A stretch of DNA of 64,000 nucleotides from Antedon mediterranea. Lineage: Eukaryota; Animalia; Echinodermata. Below the pieces are notes generated by a model. The model searched no databases and had not been told where the DNA came from. It was given only the letters and a program-made list of their open reading frames with translations. Position numbers and translations under genes: made by a program. Positions within the stretch are counted from its first letter, which is position 1, and every line of letters starts with the position of its first letter. Shown piece by piece: positions 60,321 through 64,000 of this stretch. The DNA lies in the NCBI RefSeq assembly GCF_964355755.1, contig NC_092675.1:9295812-9359811 (forward strand). The letters run 5' to 3'.

Positions 60321-63160
60321 TTACGTCTCTAGAAACACAAAGTCTTCAGACTCTCGAACGGGTGAGATAACCCGTCCTTTTTCATCTACATGGCGGACAC
60401 GTAGGTATTTTTCTGGTTTATTTGTTACGGCTTTAGCTTTGGCATTCCAATCTTCGCATCTGCCATCACGAACAATAAACATCGGATAATCACCCTCATG
60501 CTTTGGGGGTGTGACCACCTATACAAAAGGAAAGAATAGAACAAATATTGTCTCAAATAAGTAATATATATATTTAAAAAAATATGTATTTTACACACAA
60601 TCTAAAAGAGAAGTTCACTTTAAATCACATCCAATATAAACAATTATACTTTTAGTGACACTGCTACTTGGTGGTTGCTTATCCATCACAGCATCCTTGG
60701 TTCAAGTCCTGCTTTAGCTTCAAGGATTTTTTTTATACAGCGCCACTACCTAAAGCCTTGTTCGCACTGGACTTTAAATATTTAACCAAGGTAGCTTTAC
60801 CCAAATTTGACAATTGTTTTCACTTGGATAATTTCACTAAGTTTTACCAAAATTTAACCTTGACGTTAAAAAATATGATCAACTTGCATGGTGAAAGTCA
60901 TGTGTTTACCCTAGTCGCATGTTCAGATTTGACTTTTTAGCCAGCATGATCAGTTCTACTGGGCAGGCAGTGGTCGGTAAAAGTTGATTGAAGTTGATTA
61001 ATTTAACCCTAAAGGAGTATTCGGATTGGACTTTCTTTAGCCAGTGACTCGTTTGATTTGACAAAATCAACTCCATTGCGATCTTGGCGTAAGCCTCATA
61101 TAAAACATTAGAAAGCATGCTTGTTTCCCATCCTGTAATTGGTGAGTTGTAAGCTTTCTGTCGGATTGTGTGTAAAATGAAAAAAAAAAACTATACCTCT
61201 GGAATAATTCGACAGAAATCCTCAAAGTCTTGCCGAGTTTTGCAGTAGAAACCAATTGTACAGCTTGGATCCATCTTACTAATAGACATTTTACGTGGAG
61301 ACATGCAGTGAAAAGACTGCAAATAATTTAAAAAAAACAATTACCTTTATCTATAATGCTTTTGAAAATATCTTAACTACAATAAACTACAATACAACAA
61401 AACATTCTTCCTGGTTACAGACTAACTGTAATTAAATTTATTTATAGGGAAATTTCCTTCCCCTATAATCATCAAAATGAAACTGAAAGTTTAAAATAAA
61501 CTATTGGGAATAAATGATATAAACCTGTCAAGCAACAGTTTATTGACTGCAGAATGCCTCCCTACTACTGTACTTCAAAACGGTTACTTCTTTAGAAATA
61601 GATATCATGGCAAAATAAACGAAATACTGATGATTACTATTATAATTTGAGATAAAAACAGCTAAGCACCAAAATCCTAGATCAAGTGTGATATAAATTA
61701 TGTTGATGTTGTACAAGAATTACTTACATGTAGTGGAAACTGATGGTTTTTCATGTCCACCATTCCCTGACAGAAATGTGGGTCCAGATGAATTAGTTTT
61801 TCTTCTACAGAATAAAAATAAAGTTTTAAAATTACCCGTGTTTTGTAATTCACCTGAAGAGTTAGTGTGACCAGCTTTGCTGGCCATACGAAACAAGTAT
61901 TAGTGAATAAATATACCCCTCCTATTCACTATAACCAAACACTTGTTAAGGGACACTTTGTATGGTTACAAATGTGTCTTTAATATGGACTTTTCCACAG
62001 GATAACTGATGCTGGGGTACTGTAAGTAACACTTACCATGTGCAAGCTTACCTTGAAAACCAACAAAGTACAACGAATGCTTTGGTTTACCACCGATAAT
62101 TCCAAGACAATTTTCCATTGTAAATAGTGACTGTATTCCACGTAGGTATATGGGATTCACCACCTCTCCACCGAGCCTAACAGGAACCAGTAATACGACA
62201 GCAGTCCAGGGGGCAACCTCTTCCAAATCATTACTTGACTCTATGGCACTGTCACATTCTAAATCGCCATTATTGTAATGTCCTGAACCATTTTGATTAT
62301 TTTCAGTCGAATGACTCCTACTGGAACTAGCGCCATCAGAGTACGATACATTGTGGTTCTGTAATTTGTACAGTTCATTATGGTGTTTTTTATACACATT
62401 CCTGTCGTTATAGTTTGTAAAGTTCTTGTTATGCATTTGTTGTGAGGCGGTTTTATGACTGGTAGTTTTACTACGTCCATTTTCATCTTTTGTTGATTTC
62501 TTGTTTGCTGTTGGTACCTGGTAAACAGGTTGAAGTGATGACTTCTGCCTACTGGTGCAAATATCAATCACATCTTGTTTATAAACTATAAGAAAACAAA
62601 ATGTTAAAGAATAGTAATCGTTATTGTAATAAAGTTCTATTTTTTTATTAAATTTGTTTACAATGTGTGCAATAGGAGGCTTTCTAGATAAGTGATTAAG
62701 TTCACTTGGAAATCCTGTCTATGTCTGGTTGTGTGTAGTGTTTTGTTCCTTTACCATGTATTGTATTTTTTAAATATTCTTTTTGAGGAATGAAATGAAT
62801 TGAAATAGCATATTATACTACTCCTATTCAAAGTTGATTACTTCTTACTCTCTTGTTGAAATAACAATGACATTTACTTTTTCTACTTCTTTATCCCTTT
62901 ATCAATAATTTTAAATGGCATATGTAGAAAATAAAAATTCATTTATTTCAAATTAAATTAGATCGAAAAAAGTAAATCTGGTTTATTTATATAGGAATTG
63001 GAAACTTTCCAAAACATAATTTACATTTGAACCTTTAGTCCTCTTCATCAAGATATGGTAGCTCAAGAACAATGCATACATACCTGTACAATCTTGTCCG
63101 ACATATATACATATCTGTTCAAGTAGGGGATGCAATTCAGGTGCTATATCTACTGCCTCT
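60321..63160 (-). CDS. ATG4: Cysteine protease ATG4 (ATG4C/D-type), last five exons; 5' part lies beyond the window
   Basis: Exons 63160-63084, 62585-62052, 61804-61728, 61316-61197, 60518-60321. Motifs: [47 protein letters not shown] (catalytic D/H), [22 protein letters not shown]-terminal LIR EDFVFL. Confidence 0.94.
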
Positions 63161-64000
63161 CTGTAAGCGATAAGAACATTAAATGAAATACATTAGTTTG
63201 TGTATGTATAACATTAACTGGTAACAAATGTGGTACAGTGAGCTAATGTAGTATTATTCTACACTATGTATATTAAATAGTCCTCATTTTGTGATGGTAA
63301 AAAGTTTTATTTATGTTCCTGTGCTAGCTAGTAAAAATGTATTAATTAGCATCTTTAAAATTAGGTGGTAATGGACTGTTGGTCCAATGTACAATGTGGC
63401 CCAGTGAACAAAACATAGTTATTTTAACAGGAAAATATTATTTAACATAAAATACATTTATTACCAAAAAAATGATGCAAAAAATACTTCCAACTGACAT
63501 TAATGTTAATGTACAGTATTATATAGCATATTCCACAAACAATGTCATCTCAATGCACTGTGGACATATACTTTTCAACTACATGCTTCGCCCCTAAGGG
63601 TCACATCATGACTGTGCTGCCAACTATGGCGCTATTTATCTTAACAGTAAATCCAATAATAATTTAAACATGATATTTTAGTACTAATTAAGCACTTGAC
63701 ATATAGGAGACACGTTATTCAGTTTTATTACCTTTCCTCAAACTTAAAGTACACAGACTTTAGATACTAATGCTTTATCAACTTTATAAACACAATTGCA
63801 CTATTAAAACATTACATTTCACACAATTTACATTCTAATTATGCATATATTCCATTACTACAGAACATAGTACACAATTACTTGATTTCAAATTGGAGAT
63901 GGGGACATTGGTATTGCATCTACTTTACTATACTGTCAATAAGTTGCTCACAAATGCATCAGGATAGTACAGTAATAGTATCATTTTCCTAAGAAATTTC

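Overview
AT-rich, intron-containing animal genomic DNA. The TE content and TAGGCCTA-rich low-complexity tracts suggest a marine invertebrate, possibly an echinoderm (inference). Five host genes can be reconstructed by hand from splice sites. (1) A 4-exon JHAMT-like SAM-dependent methyltransferase (-, 8381-26418) whose 16.7-kb first intron holds an intact young BEL/Pao LTR retrotransposon, a Helentron-type element, a SINE and gene 2. (2) A nested antisense 2-exon non-RD kinase gene, bracketed by ~75-bp direct repeats, whose own intron holds a palindromic AcademX derivative. (3) GTF2F1/RAP74 (-, 13 exons). (4) A divergent SAP-domain/Cys-rich gene (+). (5) The 3' part of ATG4C/D (-). Directly upstream of the methyltransferase is a compound locus at a (TA)n tract: two inverted, well-folded tRNA-like cassettes, a minimal hammerhead ribozyme in inverted repeats, and a decayed Penelope-like RT/GIY-YIG element. 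The tRNA cassettes and the PLE 3' UTR end in the same motif, so this is the best candidate for an undescribed system (Pol III, tRNA-derived passengers of a PLE). The remainder is nested non-autonomous DNA transposons (hAT, Mutator, P, Kolobok; TSDs read directly), minisatellites and a LINE relic. All calls are by eye; no database searches were run.
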